A stretch of 64,000 nt of DNA from Barthelona sp. PCE (lineage: Eukaryota). The position numbers were made by a program, and so were the translations under genes. The notes below the pieces were generated by a model that saw nothing but the letters and a program-made list of their open reading frames with translations, did not search any database and was not told where the DNA came from. Below, piece after piece: positions 38,326-50,800 of this stretch (the first letter of the stretch is position 1; every line of letters begins with the position of its first letter). Location of the stretch: contig JAUFOR010000003.1 in the NCBI GenBank assembly GCA_040285745.1, forward strand, positions 1,178,001 to 1,242,000. Reading direction: 5' to 3'.

Positions 38326-40587
38326 TTAATTTTCTTTATTATCAATATTTGTATTGTACGCAACAGTGCAGTAACTGAACTTAGCATACTCAATAATAAG
38401 TTCTAAACAACTCTGATCAATGTATTTAGAAGCTCTTTCTACAAGATAAAAGATGAACTCGAATTGTTCGTTATGATTCTCAAGATAAGCAAGTAGTAAA
38501 ACACATAAATGGGTTAATAAAGGAACTACAACCTCAAAAACTTCAATAATTTGATCATTTCTCTCTTTTTCTTCTTCGTTCTCTGAAAGCTGTTCATCAA
38601 ACTGGAGAATATGTTGCATCAATGCATACGCCTCATCAAACAGACTAACACCCAAAGAATGCCTCGAATCTGCAAATTCACTGTTTGCAATACTCGAGTG
38701 TAATTTCTGTGATGATCGTACGAGTGCAGAAAAGTTCATATAAAGTTCAACCTCGGCAATAATATCCTTGCATTCGGCAGTTTTAGATAGTTCGGGGAAG
38801 TAAGGCGATGTGACAAACACCTCTTTGAGATGCACACATAAATACTGCAGTGTTTGGTACTCGCCACTAACGATGAACCACCGCAATGAACTAGCAATAG
38901 TAACTAAAGCAAACTCGACTGAATCCTGCTTGCCTTCCAACGCCCACGTGAGAATATCCAAACGAGCCTGGCTATTACTCTTATCTTCCTCCGTAAGATC
39001 CTCACATCCACTGAACATCTCTCCCAATAAGCCCAGTAAGCTCTTGCGCAAGACAATCTTGTCGGTAGACCCAAGATCAAAGACTTTTTTGATTTTGTTA
39101 AGCGGTGTGTACGGTACCTTCACGTTTGGCGTGTCCACAATATGCGTTGCTACATCGAACGCGACACATTTAGCAAGGGCTTCGACATCTACGTCGACAT
39201 CTTTGAGAGAGTTAAGGGCAAGAGATCTTGCCGACTTATCTGAAGAAAAGAGCTTCAAGAACTCAATTAACAGCTCCTCCTGGATGTCAAGAGGCAGTAG
39301 GACTGCGTAGAGAGAAAATAATCCAAAATTGCGCTCATTTAGTACATTATCGCAGTAGCTCTCAATGAGATATGCGCAGTGAGCCTCGTGTATGTCCATG
39401 TTGATGTATTTATGGTCATCCATGACAGGATACCCACCACTGACCATCAGAACGGCTATATGCGTCGCGAAACGAAGTTGCTGAGTTGTAATAGTTGATT
39501 CATCCTCTATTGTATCAACTATACCGCGTAAGTACTCTCCACACAGATCAAGGATACAGAAGCGCTGCTCAAAAGCGAAAGGAGCGTCTGTCATGGCACA
39601 CGCGTCCAAGGTCTCAACAAGTGAAGTGCTGATCTTGTTCTGCTTTACGTACTCCTCAAGGCTGGACTCAACATAACTGCGGAAAAACACATACATGCGC
39701 TCGTACGGGGTTCTTGCGATACTTAAAGCAGCGTCAATATTACCACTCAGCAGACCATAAATTCCGCTCAGATACTTTCTTATCTCGCACTTATTTGCGT
39801 TGTGTTCGTTGGAGAGCAGCTTACTAATCGAGTAAACGTTCTTTCTATGTTCAAATATGTTGATGTTGCCCAAGACAACATTCTCTTCTATATGCGGCAA
39901 CATGAAACCACCGAGGACACCTGATACGGCATGCAATCCAGCATCCTCAGCCACCTTGATAGCCTCGTCAAGCTGTCCAATGACAATTAGGCGATATATG
40001 TTTTGTAATGTATCAACTATGATCATCTTTGTTTGTGAATTAACCTCACTGAAATCGTCCAGCAAGTCATCAAAAGAATCTATGTACTCCACCTTGAAGT
40101 CAAGATCACCTGAGTAATGTTCGTAATTTAAATCTTCTAACCAATATTGAACAAGAAAACCACGTTGGATACTTCCATTGGTCATTATAAGCTCTTTCAG
40201 TACATCACAGTACATTCCTTCGCCCAGGTTTGTGAAGAAAATGCTGGGGTCAATCTTAAAACGGGTGAGATATAAAAGTAATAACCAAACACTATATTCT
40301 CCGTAAAAATAGTCATAATCCAAGAGTTCTTCGGAAAACAGTTTATCATAGTCCTTGTGATTGGTATCTATGTACCGCAGAGATAACCGTTGCTCAGATA
40401 ATTGTTGTAGTTTGTTTTTTAATACCGAAGTGATGCCCTCAAGGAATTCCACACTGTTTTCTAAGCTTATTTCGCCGCTAGCATCTAGCAACGACGATTT
40501 CAAACAATTAGCAAAGCCGAAATCAATGTTTGTGTGTACATTTTTTGCTGAACGCCAGTATATTGGATTGTTGAGACTGTTGTTCAT
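38326..40587 (-). CDS. NUP107: Nucleoporin Nup107/Nup84-like
   Basis: VQYWLE, IYRLIVIGQLDEA...G...LGG, GNIN and IYGLLSGN...ERMYVFFR parallel Nup107 VVDWLE, LFTLIRAG..EEA, GNP and IYAALSGN...EDTVWAYFR. Confidence 0.78.
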   Translation of the reverse strand: MNNSLNNPIYWRSAKNVHTNIDFGFANCLKSSLLDASGEISLENSVEFLEGITSVLKNKLQQLSEQRLSLRYIDTNHKDYDKLFSEELLDYDYFYGEYSVWLLLLYLTRFKIDPSIFFTNLGEGMYCDVLKELIMTNGSIQRGFLVQYWLEDLNYEHYSGDLDFKVEYIDSFDDLLDDFSEVNSQTKMIIVDTLQNIYRLIVIGQLDEAIKVAEDAGLHAVSGVLGGFMLPHIEENVVLGNINIFEHRKNVYSISKLLSNEHNANKCEIRKYLSGIYGLLSGNIDAALSIARTPYERMYVFFRSYVESSLEEYVKQNKISTSLVETLDACAMTDAPFAFEQRFCILDLCGEYLRGIVDTIEDESTITTQQLRFATHIAVLMVSGGYPVMDDHKYINMDIHEAHCAYLIESYCDNVLNERNFGLFSLYAVLLPLDIQEELLIEFLKLFSSDKSARSLALNSLKDVDVDVEALAKCVAFDVATHIVDTPNVKVPYTPLNKIKKVFDLGSTDKIVLRKSLLGLLGEMFSGCEDLTEEDKSNSQARLDILTWALEGKQDSVEFALVTIASSLRWFIVSGEYQTLQYLCVHLKEVFVTSPYFPELSKTAECKDIIAEVELYMNFSALVRSSQKLHSSIANSEFADSRHSLGVSLFDEAYALMQHILQFDEQLSENEEEKERNDQIIEVFEVVVPLLTHLCVLLLAYLENHNEQFEFIFYLVERASKYIDQSCLELIIEYAKFSYCTVAYNTNIDNKEN

Positions 40588-40933
40588 CGCAAAAGCTGTG
40601 TGACTTCTGTAAATGGTGTGTGATAGGTTGGAAAGGGTGTTAAACTAGTCTTCGTTTCAGAAGAATGAAAATTTTATTTATTTCGATTGAAATGTACGGC
40701 ACTTACCCTTTATGATTTTATGCTACATATAACTCCAAAAGATACGAAAAAGTAGCGTCTACTATAATTAGTACAGTTACAAATCCTCTAGCATATTTTT
40801 GTGAATACAGCGTGACATATATTTGATGATATGGCAGAATAATGCTCAATTAAATGATATATCAGCTTTAACTATATATTTAAACATGTTAACATTTTTT
40901 TGTACATTTTCACACATTCATGGGCAATTTATA

Positions 40934-43423
40934 ATGACAGAGTCGGCAGAAACGAAGAGGGATTTCGGAAAAACGCTCTCTTCCATCGATTCCCACAATA
41001 GTAATAGTTTTTCTAGCCTAACCTTGGATAGAACGTATCTACACAACCAGTTTGAGAAGATATCTTCCCAAAACTCCCTATTGGAGCACCTACAATATAG
41101 ACTAAACGAATTATGTATATCCACGAACGCAGCTAGAAATATTGACAGTGCAATCAAGAGACATCAAAGAAAACATGATGAATTTGTGGATATCCACCGC
41201 TTTATGAACAATTTGCCACCCGAGATAATTGGTTTACTTGAAAAGACAGCTTCAAATGGAGGTGGTGTGAATTTGGAGAATTTATCAAATGACAAACACC
41301 CTTCTCACATATCATCAATCAAGGAAGAGACAGTGAAGAACGTTGAGAAGATGTGGAATCGTCAGGCACATAAGAAAATATGGTTACAGGTTTCGCTCCA
41401 ATGGTTCAAACATCGTTTGTTACAGAGAGAATTGTTAAGGCGTATCCCATCATTTCTAATGAACTCCAGGCGGAAGAAAGCAAAGGCTGTTGAAGTAGAT
41501 TCAGTAATGGACTTAAGAAGATTGAGTGAGATGTATAAGATGCAGAACAAAAGAAGATGGATACATGTTGATAACGTAAAGAACGCACAGCTTTCGAAGT
41601 CATTGGGTAGTCCATTGAGTAGAGTTCGTGCTCAAAAATTAGAAGAAGAGGAATATTCAGCATTATCAGAGTTTATTACGCCACAAAAGGCAAATGTCTC
41701 TCGATTAGGTGTCGTAGACATCCGCTCATCGCCTCTGTTCAAGATAGATCATACAGCGTTGAAGGACACTATCACACTGGATGAAGCAGTGGCGATAATC
41801 GAGCGATGGTGGAAGGTTAATTCTTTTTTTAAGCATATTCGTAGTACGAAAGCTTCTGTAAGGCTTTTTGAGAGACTGTGGCGGGAGAAAAAGAACAGAT
41901 ATTACCGTAGGCACATATTAAAGACTGGCGTTGATTTTTCAAAGTTTGAAAGGGCAATCAAACGAATTGAGAGTTGGTGGTCATTTAAGGCAAAACACAG
42001 TCCTAGAATGCACAAATCTCAAAGTGGATTCCTTACAAAAGAAGCAGAGGAGGTTGTCACAAAGAAGGAAGACTTTGCTATGTTTCATTATGCATTGTAC
42101 AGAGGCAGTGATGGATTTTTGCATCTTCCACCGTCAACACTCCCTCCTAAACAGCCAAATGAGTTTAGTTTCTTCATCACTCCACACCTTGAGCGAATGG
42201 TTGGCTCAATTTCGCTGGAAGACATGTTTGAGTACAACCCCTACGTGTTTCCAATCAACAGAGAACTGCCTACTGAGAAACTAACACCAAACAAGGAGCT
42301 GGTGTTAATTCATCAAATTTTGTGGTTCCACGAGCCTTACACCGCACCTTCTTTTGCGTTTGGCTACCCTCCATCGTTTTTGCGCAGAGTTGATGACGTG
42401 GATACACCTCCAGGTGTTATTGAGCAGTTTACACTGAAGGTCCCACCAATTTTTGAGGCGAGTGAGCGATATAAGATAGAAGAAGGATTGTTGGAGTACT
42501 ATAGTGCAGGCAACGAAGAGTATCAGTCGATCCTCAAGCTGGAATCAGAGCCTGTACCAGAAGAAAAGGCAGGGAAATCGCTTTATCATTTTGTTATAAG
42601 GGTACCTGATTATCGCATTAGGTTTGCAAAGAGTGGTGCAAAGTCCATTCTTTCCAACAGTATGACGGCAACGAGCAACACATCGGAGCGCCGTGAACAA
42701 CAACAACAAAGAAAGCATAACGTTCGTATAGAAAAGCACAATCGTAACATGATTAAACTTTGTGATCTTCCAGAGGATCTAGAGTTTGGAATGCCGAATC
42801 TATATGCGAATTATTCAACAGAGCATCATTTGAAGAACCCCTGTTTTTATTCAGCACAGCAGAAGAAGCGTAAGGTTGATCAGCACTTGAATAGCATGGT
42901 TGATGATCTTAAGCAAATTGTGCTGGACGCCGAATCTTTGGCAGCAGAGCGGGATTCAAGGTTGTATATAGCTGAGCAGTTGGACAAACAGCTGGCGACG
43001 AATATTTTCTTTGCGTTTCAAAATAGAAGGCAGAAGAAACGGCAACTGCGCGGTAAAACGCCTAATCGTAAGCATCGTGGTATCGAGCTTGATAAAAAGA
43101 AGAAAATTCCAGGCTCACGTGCTGCTTCACGTATCAGCAGTCGTCCCGAGAGTCAGATGTCGTTGAGGAGTGGGTTTACTGAGCTAGGGTTCGCTAAAAA
43201 GAAGAAAAAGGTTGTAACCAAATCACGTAAAGATCATTTGAAGGATGTAATTGAGAAGAGTATCAATGAGCTAGACTCTAAGTTTCCCACGTTGCCAACG
43301 CCCAGAAACAGATCAATACCGCCATCCAGAAATGATGATCGTATGAGTACAGGAAGTAGACAAAGTCATAATAGTATGGCAAGGAACAACTCTTCAAGAA
43401 GGGTCCGTTTACCTGCTTTATAG
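40934..43423 (+). CDS. Hypothetical protein with degenerate IQ-like motifs
   Basis: Long ORF from ATG 40934; AVAIIERWWK and AIKRIESWWS; basic C-terminus. Confidence 0.65.
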   Translation: MTESAETKRDFGKTLSSIDSHNSNSFSSLTLDRTYLHNQFEKISSQNSLLEHLQYRLNELCISTNAARNIDSAIKRHQRKHDEFVDIHRFMNNLPPEIIGLLEKTASNGGGVNLENLSNDKHPSHISSIKEETVKNVEKMWNRQAHKKIWLQVSLQWFKHRLLQRELLRRIPSFLMNSRRKKAKAVEVDSVMDLRRLSEMYKMQNKRRWIHVDNVKNAQLSKSLGSPLSRVRAQKLEEEEYSALSEFITPQKANVSRLGVVDIRSSPLFKIDHTALKDTITLDEAVAIIERWWKVNSFFKHIRSTKASVRLFERLWREKKNRYYRRHILKTGVDFSKFERAIKRIESWWSFKAKHSPRMHKSQSGFLTKEAEEVVTKKEDFAMFHYALYRGSDGFLHLPPSTLPPKQPNEFSFFITPHLERMVGSISLEDMFEYNPYVFPINRELPTEKLTPNKELVLIHQILWFHEPYTAPSFAFGYPPSFLRRVDDVDTPPGVIEQFTLKVPPIFEASERYKIEEGLLEYYSAGNEEYQSILKLESEPVPEEKAGKSLYHFVIRVPDYRIRFAKSGAKSILSNSMTATSNTSERREQQQQRKHNVRIEKHNRNMIKLCDLPEDLEFGMPNLYANYSTEHHLKNPCFYSAQQKKRKVDQHLNSMVDDLKQIVLDAESLAAERDSRLYIAEQLDKQLATNIFFAFQNRRQKKRQLRGKTPNRKHRGIELDKKKKIPGSRAASRISSRPESQMSLRSGFTELGFAKKKKKVVTKSRKDHLKDVIEKSINELDSKFPTLPTPRNRSIPPSRNDDRMSTGSRQSHNSMARNNSSRRVRLPAL

Positions 43424-43425
43424 AG

Positions 43426-45411
43426 CTAGATTTTATTGATAAGGTCTTTTGCAAGTAAATCAACAGCAGTATCCACAGTTTTTGATTGTTTTTCAATGAG
43501 TTTCGAAAACGCTGAAAAGAATTCTTCCGTCATTGCAGACTCGAATACTTTTCCGACTTCAGCATCTTGGGACGTACTCAATATAATGTTACCGACTGTT
43601 GTTGGACTGAGATATATCCCGAAATTCAGCATTTTGCTAATCAAACCAATAAACACGTCAAGAGGGTCTTGTATTTCGGAAAACACACCAATGATGCAGT
43701 GTAGGACAAACACAGCGAGCGTGTTCCGTGCTGCTCCTCCAACAGATTGTAATAATAAACAAACATCGTCATACAAGCCATTCATGAGCAGAACGCGGAC
43801 TGATTCCCGCTTCTCGTTGCCTAAATACAGAATCGAAGCCTTCACACGCGTGTGATCATCGGTTATGAGACCGTCTGATGTGTGATTAAACGTGAGAACG
43901 CACAATTCAAATATGTTGAAAGAGAGCTGATCGCTTAATAAACTGTTTGCAATCGTCTCGTTTAAGACCACCAGTAGACCTAACAGGGCAAGCGGATCTT
44001 TGACAAATAATGCCCGACAGAAGGGTTCGAATAAGAAATTTTTTCTAATTGGCAAAAAGTTTTCAAGCTTGAACCAATCAATGCTTGATGCCACTTCTAC
44101 TACGTTTGATTCCATACCCTTTATATACGGAAAGATTGCCTGTTCTTTATATGCAAAAGCATTTAAACCAGTGTTGTGGGTAAATGATTCAAATATCAAC
44201 TTTTGATCATGCCTCATGACCCGATCAAAGATAACAAAGTCAGCCTCTTCGAAATCAGTGATACCTGACTGTATTGATGTACTATTTCTCCTTGATTTTG
44301 GTATAAAGGAGGATGTATTTGAGAAGCTCAGTTTATCTTGATGCAAGGTCATAGGTGTGAACAATTGCTTCAAGAACGGACTACACGGCTCAGTGAACTC
44401 ATCAATCGTTGATGCCTCAATATGAACCGAATAGAACCCACTGGTCGTTAAGCAAAAACGTTGGTTGAAATCAAAATGAAGAACTGTACCTATTGAAGAA
44501 CGCCATTCTGACACGTGTTCCTGGTTTTTACCATCATTATCATATATATAAATCGATTTGCTTGTAACCAGCAATAACTTCTTTTGCAAAGTTATTACAG
44601 TCACAATGTTCTTTGTAAGCATTCCTGGTGGAATTATGAAACTCTTACCGTCATGTAATGAGAAAATATGGGTGAGAGAATACAAATAACCATTGATAGT
44701 GTGTAAATCTTCACATTTTTCTTTGTAGAACTGCTCGAATTCAGCAGACAAATCCAAAACCACGCCAATGTCAGTCACCAGGGTGTCTCCATTCTTTAAA
44801 AAGAGTGGTACAGACTCTTCAACGCCAGCAAATATAAGTTGTCCGCATGTAACAAACTTTGTGTTTTTTGAGTCAAATACTTCACTTGTGAAATGTATCG
44901 TGCCACTAGCGATATCTAGAGTTAATAACTGCAAATTTTGCTCACCACCACACCACACATGTATGTTTTTTCGATATTCAATGTGTTTCACTCTTTGCTT
45001 CAAATCATGTTCAGCCACACAAGCAAAGGAACCAGTCTCTTCGTCTATCGTGAACAAACGTATCAAAGACCCAGAAGATACAATAAAGCTCTCATTATCC
45101 ATGCAGCAATACCGATCTATGCTATGTAGCACCAGTGAATTTGCTTTGCCCAGAAGCTTGAGCAGCTGTGCACCTCTGGCATCCCGCATAAAGTTACTAG
45201 ACGGAATATCCATTTGAGTTTCTGATGTCTTTGAGCTTACAAGCCATAAAATGTGTTGCTTTGTGCTGAAAAACCCTACATGTTTTGTGTCCCCGAAACT
45301 AAAAATCGAGTCAAACTCAACAAACTTAGCGTAGCTGAGAATATCGTTAATAAGATCGATTTCAAAGAAACTAGCGTTTCTTTTTGTATATTTGGTGAAC
45401 TTTAAACTCAT
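43426..45411 (-). CDS. Hypothetical protein (beta-rich N-terminal half, helical C-terminal half)
   Basis: 661-aa ORF preceded by a CCCTTTT motif; family not recognised. Confidence 0.65.
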   Translation of the reverse strand: MSLKFTKYTKRNASFFEIDLINDILSYAKFVEFDSIFSFGDTKHVGFFSTKQHILWLVSSKTSETQMDIPSSNFMRDARGAQLLKLLGKANSLVLHSIDRYCCMDNESFIVSSGSLIRLFTIDEETGSFACVAEHDLKQRVKHIEYRKNIHVWCGGEQNLQLLTLDIASGTIHFTSEVFDSKNTKFVTCGQLIFAGVEESVPLFLKNGDTLVTDIGVVLDLSAEFEQFYKEKCEDLHTINGYLYSLTHIFSLHDGKSFIIPPGMLTKNIVTVITLQKKLLLVTSKSIYIYDNDGKNQEHVSEWRSSIGTVLHFDFNQRFCLTTSGFYSVHIEASTIDEFTEPCSPFLKQLFTPMTLHQDKLSFSNTSSFIPKSRRNSTSIQSGITDFEEADFVIFDRVMRHDQKLIFESFTHNTGLNAFAYKEQAIFPYIKGMESNVVEVASSIDWFKLENFLPIRKNFLFEPFCRALFVKDPLALLGLLVVLNETIANSLLSDQLSFNIFELCVLTFNHTSDGLITDDHTRVKASILYLGNEKRESVRVLLMNGLYDDVCLLLQSVGGAARNTLAVFVLHCIIGVFSEIQDPLDVFIGLISKMLNFGIYLSPTTVGNIILSTSQDAEVGKVFESAMTEEFFSAFSKLIEKQSKTVDTAVDLLAKDLINKI

Positions 45412-45483
45412 TTCATTGAAAAAAACTATGTGAAATTGTAATGAGGAAAAGGGAGAGATAAGTAATACAAAATTTTTACTAGA

Positions 45484-47361
45484 CTAGTGCGCGTGTTGAT
45501 ACATTGACCACATATCTGACATCAGCCGCTGGCTTGTTGTTGGTCTATTACCAATGCGTAGATTGCGTGGTGTATCCTCAACGGTTGAGAAAAAAGGAAG
45601 TGTTGAATTCAAAAAGTCACTGATATTGTCAATGCTTAGATCTCGTTCACTTCCAATGTGTGCCAGGAGATCATGTGCCCTTTGTATGGTATCTGTGGAC
45701 ATCATACTTTGTTTTTCAACTAAACTTTCATGTGCCTGTGATCTCCACAATTTAACACCCTTCACTAAATTGGAAAGAAGTTTTTCACGGCAAAAGATGC
45801 GCTCTCGGAACGCAAGGCGCCATGAAAGTATACTTCTTGTCAGAAGAGTGCGATAATACTCAAGAAATACATATGGAGCTAAGTCCCGAAACTCTGGCTG
45901 CGTTTTTTCCAATGAAGGAAGCCTGTCCAGTGATAACAAAATGTCATTAAGCGGTAGTGGTCTACCAACAAAAAGAATGAGTCTGCGTAGATAGAAAGCA
46001 TCCGCCATCGTTTCAAGACACACAGATCTTTCGTTTTTCTTCATCTCTGCAACGAAATAGTGTCTGAAAGAGTCCAATACACGCCTCTTTATCGTATTTT
46101 CGCGTTTCTTCAAAAAGTGTCCTTGTTTTAACTTCTGGAAAGTATGTTTAAGAACATTTTGTTCATATTTACGCTTTGCAACAACCATATTCTTCACAAG
46201 AGGATGTCGTTTCCAGCGCTTGACACAACGATACACTATAAAACTGTTAACAATGTTGTTCCACAGTTGCTGTTTCCTTCTTGAAACATTGTTCCATTTT
46301 TTCAATGTTTTCATGAGCAAAAGAGTCATTCTAAATACAATAAACTTTGTCTTTCGACGATTTAATCGTGTGAAATAGCGCCATTTTCTAATGCATTTTT
46401 TCACAACTTTTTTCACATTAGAAGCTAATAATTCGGTGCTGTACCCATTTACGTCGTAATTGTACACCTTTCTACCATTAAAGATAAACTTTCGCTTTAG
46501 GTAGGCATGTCTTTTTAGTTTATATTCATTTTCATATCTTGAAAGTTTAGATAACATATCTCTTTTTCTCTGATTCTTTTGCAACCGTTCACGCCACTTT
46601 CTGATACCCTTTTGCATAACAAACTTGTTCTTTAAGGGTAATAATTTAATTATCTTACTTGCATTTTTTTGAAAATATAAATATACTTGATTTCTTTGAA
46701 ATTTCCTTATTTCCTTCTCTACGTTCAGAAAAGATTCTCTTATTTCAACATCTCTCTGTGTATAACCTTTTAATGTAAAGAAAAAGAGACATTTACGAAG
46801 TTTGGCTATAGCATCATCATGTAAAACTTGTCTTACCATAAATTGTTGATTCCTATGTCTTTTTTCTGTTAAATCTATACTTTTAAACTTCTGTATTTTG
46901 TTAAAAATATCAATTTCATAGTCTCGAAGTTGTTCAACAAGGGTATCTTTTGACATTAACTGAAGTATGGTTTTCATCTTTAGAAAGAAAACATATGAAG
47001 GAAAATCACGAACTAGTGTCTTTCGATCGAAATTCAGGTTCAAATACACAGGTTTTGGTTTAAAAAAAAACCTGGGAATGATGAAGCTTTGTTGTTTGGT
47101 TTTTGGATGTTGTGTCAGTGGTACAGGGATAGAATCATCAAGTACTTCCTGTTTTCTTGATATATTACGTGCAAAATTTGGAATATGATTGATTGACCCT
47201 AAAAAATTGTCAATACGTGGTTTGCTAGTACTGAACGGTGTGTTTCCCAGGCTCAACGAGTTTGTACTTGCGATGCTATCGTAGTAAGTTCTACCTGCTG
47301 CTGAATTAGATGAGTTATGATCCTTCGATGCTGTCGCGCCTGCATTAATGCTATAATTCAT
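45484..47361 (-). CDS. Basic helical protein with spaced Trp repeats, possibly Sfi1-like (centrin-binding)
   Basis: KGIRKWR, KCIRKWR, KTLKKWN, RCVKRWK, SILSWR and KGVKLWR. The ORF is solid; the family call is weak. Confidence 0.5.
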   Translation of the reverse strand: MNYSINAGATASKDHNSSNSAAGRTYYDSIASTNSLSLGNTPFSTSKPRIDNFLGSINHIPNFARNISRKQEVLDDSIPVPLTQHPKTKQQSFIIPRFFFKPKPVYLNLNFDRKTLVRDFPSYVFFLKMKTILQLMSKDTLVEQLRDYEIDIFNKIQKFKSIDLTEKRHRNQQFMVRQVLHDDAIAKLRKCLFFFTLKGYTQRDVEIRESFLNVEKEIRKFQRNQVYLYFQKNASKIIKLLPLKNKFVMQKGIRKWRERLQKNQRKRDMLSKLSRYENEYKLKRHAYLKRKFIFNGRKVYNYDVNGYSTELLASNVKKVVKKCIRKWRYFTRLNRRKTKFIVFRMTLLLMKTLKKWNNVSRRKQQLWNNIVNSFIVYRCVKRWKRHPLVKNMVVAKRKYEQNVLKHTFQKLKQGHFLKKRENTIKRRVLDSFRHYFVAEMKKNERSVCLETMADAFYLRRLILFVGRPLPLNDILLSLDRLPSLEKTQPEFRDLAPYVFLEYYRTLLTRSILSWRLAFRERIFCREKLLSNLVKGVKLWRSQAHESLVEKQSMMSTDTIQRAHDLLAHIGSERDLSIDNISDFLNSTLPFFSTVEDTPRNLRIGNRPTTSQRLMSDMWSMYQHAH

Positions 47362-47466
47362 GGATAAGTTGCTCTATTCTTGGATATTAAACCAGTTTCT
47401 CCATAGAAATAGTTGTGAAAAGGGTTGTTTGTACTTTTATAGACCATATACACATTGTAATTTTTA

Positions 47467-47844
47467 ATGTCTGTGCATTTTGACGATTTCAACGCGATCA
47501 AGCTACTTCCGGAGGACACAGAGAAACACACGCTCTCTTTACAGCAAAACGCAGAGAAATTTCTTCTAGAATCATCTAGCTTTTCTACAGATGTGGGGAC
47601 TATCGTAGATCTCCTGGACGAGTTCTACGTCTTTGTTGAACGGGCACGTTTAACAACAATCGGTCTTCGTAACAGAATAGATAATTTTGACCAACACAAA
47701 GCAATGCAACGCGAAGAACTCAATCGCGTATTGCAACAGAAGGAGGATGAGCTCAAGAAACTCGAGATTGAACACCAAATACTTCATGATACATATCGCA
47801 CACAACAACAATTTGAATCACGTCTTTCTAACAATAGAGTATGA
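47467..47844 (+). CDS. IFT20: Intraflagellar transport protein 20
   Basis: VHFDDFNAIKLL...VERARLTTIGLRN...ELKKLEIEHQIL parallels IFT20 LHFDELNKLRVL...AENEKMKAIGARN...; 125 aa. Confidence 0.88.
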   Translation: MSVHFDDFNAIKLLPEDTEKHTLSLQQNAEKFLLESSSFSTDVGTIVDLLDEFYVFVERARLTTIGLRNRIDNFDQHKAMQREELNRVLQQKEDELKKLEIEHQILHDTYRTQQQFESRLSNNRV

Positions 47845-47862
47845 TCAATAGATGTTTTATTT

Positions 47863-50800
47863 TCAATTTTCTAAAAGTTGCATTATCTTATGCTCGATAT
47901 CATTATTCTCCTTGGCTTGTAAATTTAACGAATTTGACTGTTGTAACTGTGACCGCACTATTGCGGTGTTCTTAATATAATAACCTGGTTCAAACTTTGG
48001 TACAATATATGATTTAAAAGGATCTAATGCTTGTTGCATATTGTGACCTTTAAACTCATATTGTTGATTAGATTTCACTTCTGCTACTTCAGAGAAATAA
48101 TGTTTTGTTCCAAATTGTCTGTTAATTATGTTTGTTAAATATAAAGAAGCATTCTTTCGTGTAATATTACTGTATTTAGAAATACATTCTCGAACAACCT
48201 TCATCTCATGATTTGATAATGGATACTTATTACCATCCACTACATTTATCTTTGCACCTAACTGAATTGTTTTATCATACATATGAGAATTCAGAACCAT
48301 TCTGCTGTCGTACGACAACCGATCTTTGAAATGCAAGCGCTCAAACAACTGGTTCTGACCAATAATGAGTTTTCCTTTGTTCCTGGGTTGTATGCCAATA
48401 GTTTTTGATAACAATGGATGATCTAACACAAACGGAGCATCTTCACTCTTATTTGTGATTGCATCAAGCGTGATACGGTGTTGGAGTAGTGTGAGATTGG
48501 TAACTTTACCAAATCGCTGAATATATTCAGGAGTGATAAACCCCTTACGAGCTAGTAATTTTGGATTCACCAATTGCAATGCCAAAAATTCGCTTAGACG
48601 CTGCTCGTCCGTCTTTGCCAAAGAAGTAATACGAGGTATGATGATTCTTCTCAACAATTGGGTGATTAACGATGCAAACAAGTTACTTGTCGCACGGAAA
48701 CCATGCAAAGAACAACGAGAGAACAGCATCCATATGTTCTGCGCTGTTGGTGTTAGAGCACGTGTCATATCATAGTACGCTGGATTCACAAATTCACTAC
48801 GGGATGGATTATAATTCCACAAAAGTAGCATATCATTGTACATATCCTTACTAATCCTCGATCCCCCAAAGTACTCATTGAGCTGGAAATCAGTCGATGG
48901 TACCGTGATATCCTCCAGTAACGAGTATTGCTCACCACACGAACATAACTTATTGGTTTTGAACGAAGAAGGAACAAAGAACTCGCTCAGATCACTCAAC
49001 TGCAAGCACACCTCCTCCACAGTGTTGGGGGTGATGATATGGTACAGGTTTGTGACGCTGGATGATATCAACTTAAATTGGAGATGAAGCATTGCTTGTA
49101 GACCTGCTGGTACAAGATCACAATCAAAGATAATAAAAGTGTGAACATTCTCAACCGGTATGGGTATCTCATTCAACCTACTGTTAAGTATCAGTACATC
49201 CACATCTTCATTATTGAACGCGTCAATTAAATGAGTCAACTTGAAGAAGTCAGCATCACTCTTCACATTTCCACTGAAACCCTTCGCCTTGTAGTTGTTC
49301 TGGGTGAGATATCCAGCGAGAGGATGTACAAGATCTGTGAAGCTAGTAACGACAACCGTGGATCCATCTTTCTCAAGAGCACCATCAATGAGTGATGTAA
49401 GGACAGACAGCTTTCCAGAGTCCTCAGTCTTTAGCTTGTATTTCTTATGCTGCTGTGTGGTACCCCACACATAATCTAACGTGGACGTGTCTTTGTCACC
49501 CGGATACGGTAATGTCACGATTCTTGTGAAGCTAATATCAGCTAGATCAAGCAAGGGAATGCTCTCCGATACGACTGGGGCTTCATCCAGCGACATTACG
49601 TGTGTTCTCATCATGCTATGAATACCACACGACGGGATATGAATATCGGGTGTGGAAAAACCAAACTCTTCATTGAGCCATCTAAACTGCATAGTATCAA
49701 CAGCAGGGATACGTTTCCATGAGTCGTAGAAGAAAAGCGCTTGTGACGCACTCCACATACCACTCGCGACACCACGTAACAAAATTGTCTCAAAGTAAGA
49801 GCCTTCACGTATACGCTGGAACACTGAAGGTGACATAGCAGCACATTCATGGATTCTATTGTACCACTTAAACTCATCATTAAACCTCATTTCACCGTAC
49901 TGGCCCAACAACTCTCTGTAATCAACTCCCTGTTGCTCTGTATAGGGGGACAGTGCGATGAACTCATGTTTCAAAGAAAGACAATTCGCAACAGTCTTTG
50001 CGTTATTTCTTATTGTAAGCTCTGTTACCAACTGCTGCATGCTACGTTTCAAAGATATTGATGCCTTTTCAATGTGAAGTGGAAGCAGCGGGAATGATAA
50101 GCGGCATAAGAAAGTGTAGTACGGGTCTGAAAGTTGCCCTATATTAATGGAATCATTGGTTCCAACGACGATTCTTGGTGATTCAATTAGTAACTTGCGG
50201 ATACTAGAACTACAAAAGCACTCGATGTCAGATTCAGTGATGCGTTCCACATCCACAATAACTGTAAGGTCTCCTATACTGGAGAGTAAAGAGGAGCTGA
50301 AGAGTTTAAAGTGGAAATAATCAAATAAAATCATACTAGGTTTCGAAAAAGGTTCCATAACGACTGTTTTTGAATAAACATTCATCTTGATGCTCGGAAG
50401 GAACTTAATACAGTGCCTGATCCACTTTTGTAACCTCAAATCATTGGCCACTACTATTATTTTCTGATTATCGTAATTAAGGAACAAATAAGTAAGATAA
50501 CACATTACTGTACCAATCTTTGACAGGTATTCATCCTCTGTAACAAATATAGGTAAAGGGATCTTTTCTGTCTTGAATGAATCCCATTTGATCTCTAGCA
50601 AAGCATTCATCTTCTCAGCGTTCTTCTTTTGATAGTGTCTAAAAGATATTGCTGGGTTAAAACTATGCGTAAACAACCGTTGGCGCTTACGTTTCTTAGA
50701 TAAACAACTATGTACGGCTTTTTGTGCTTCCTTTTGATATGCGTCTAACCTATTTTTGTAATACAACGATGCCTCATTTCTCAATGTTCTAGTATTCTTG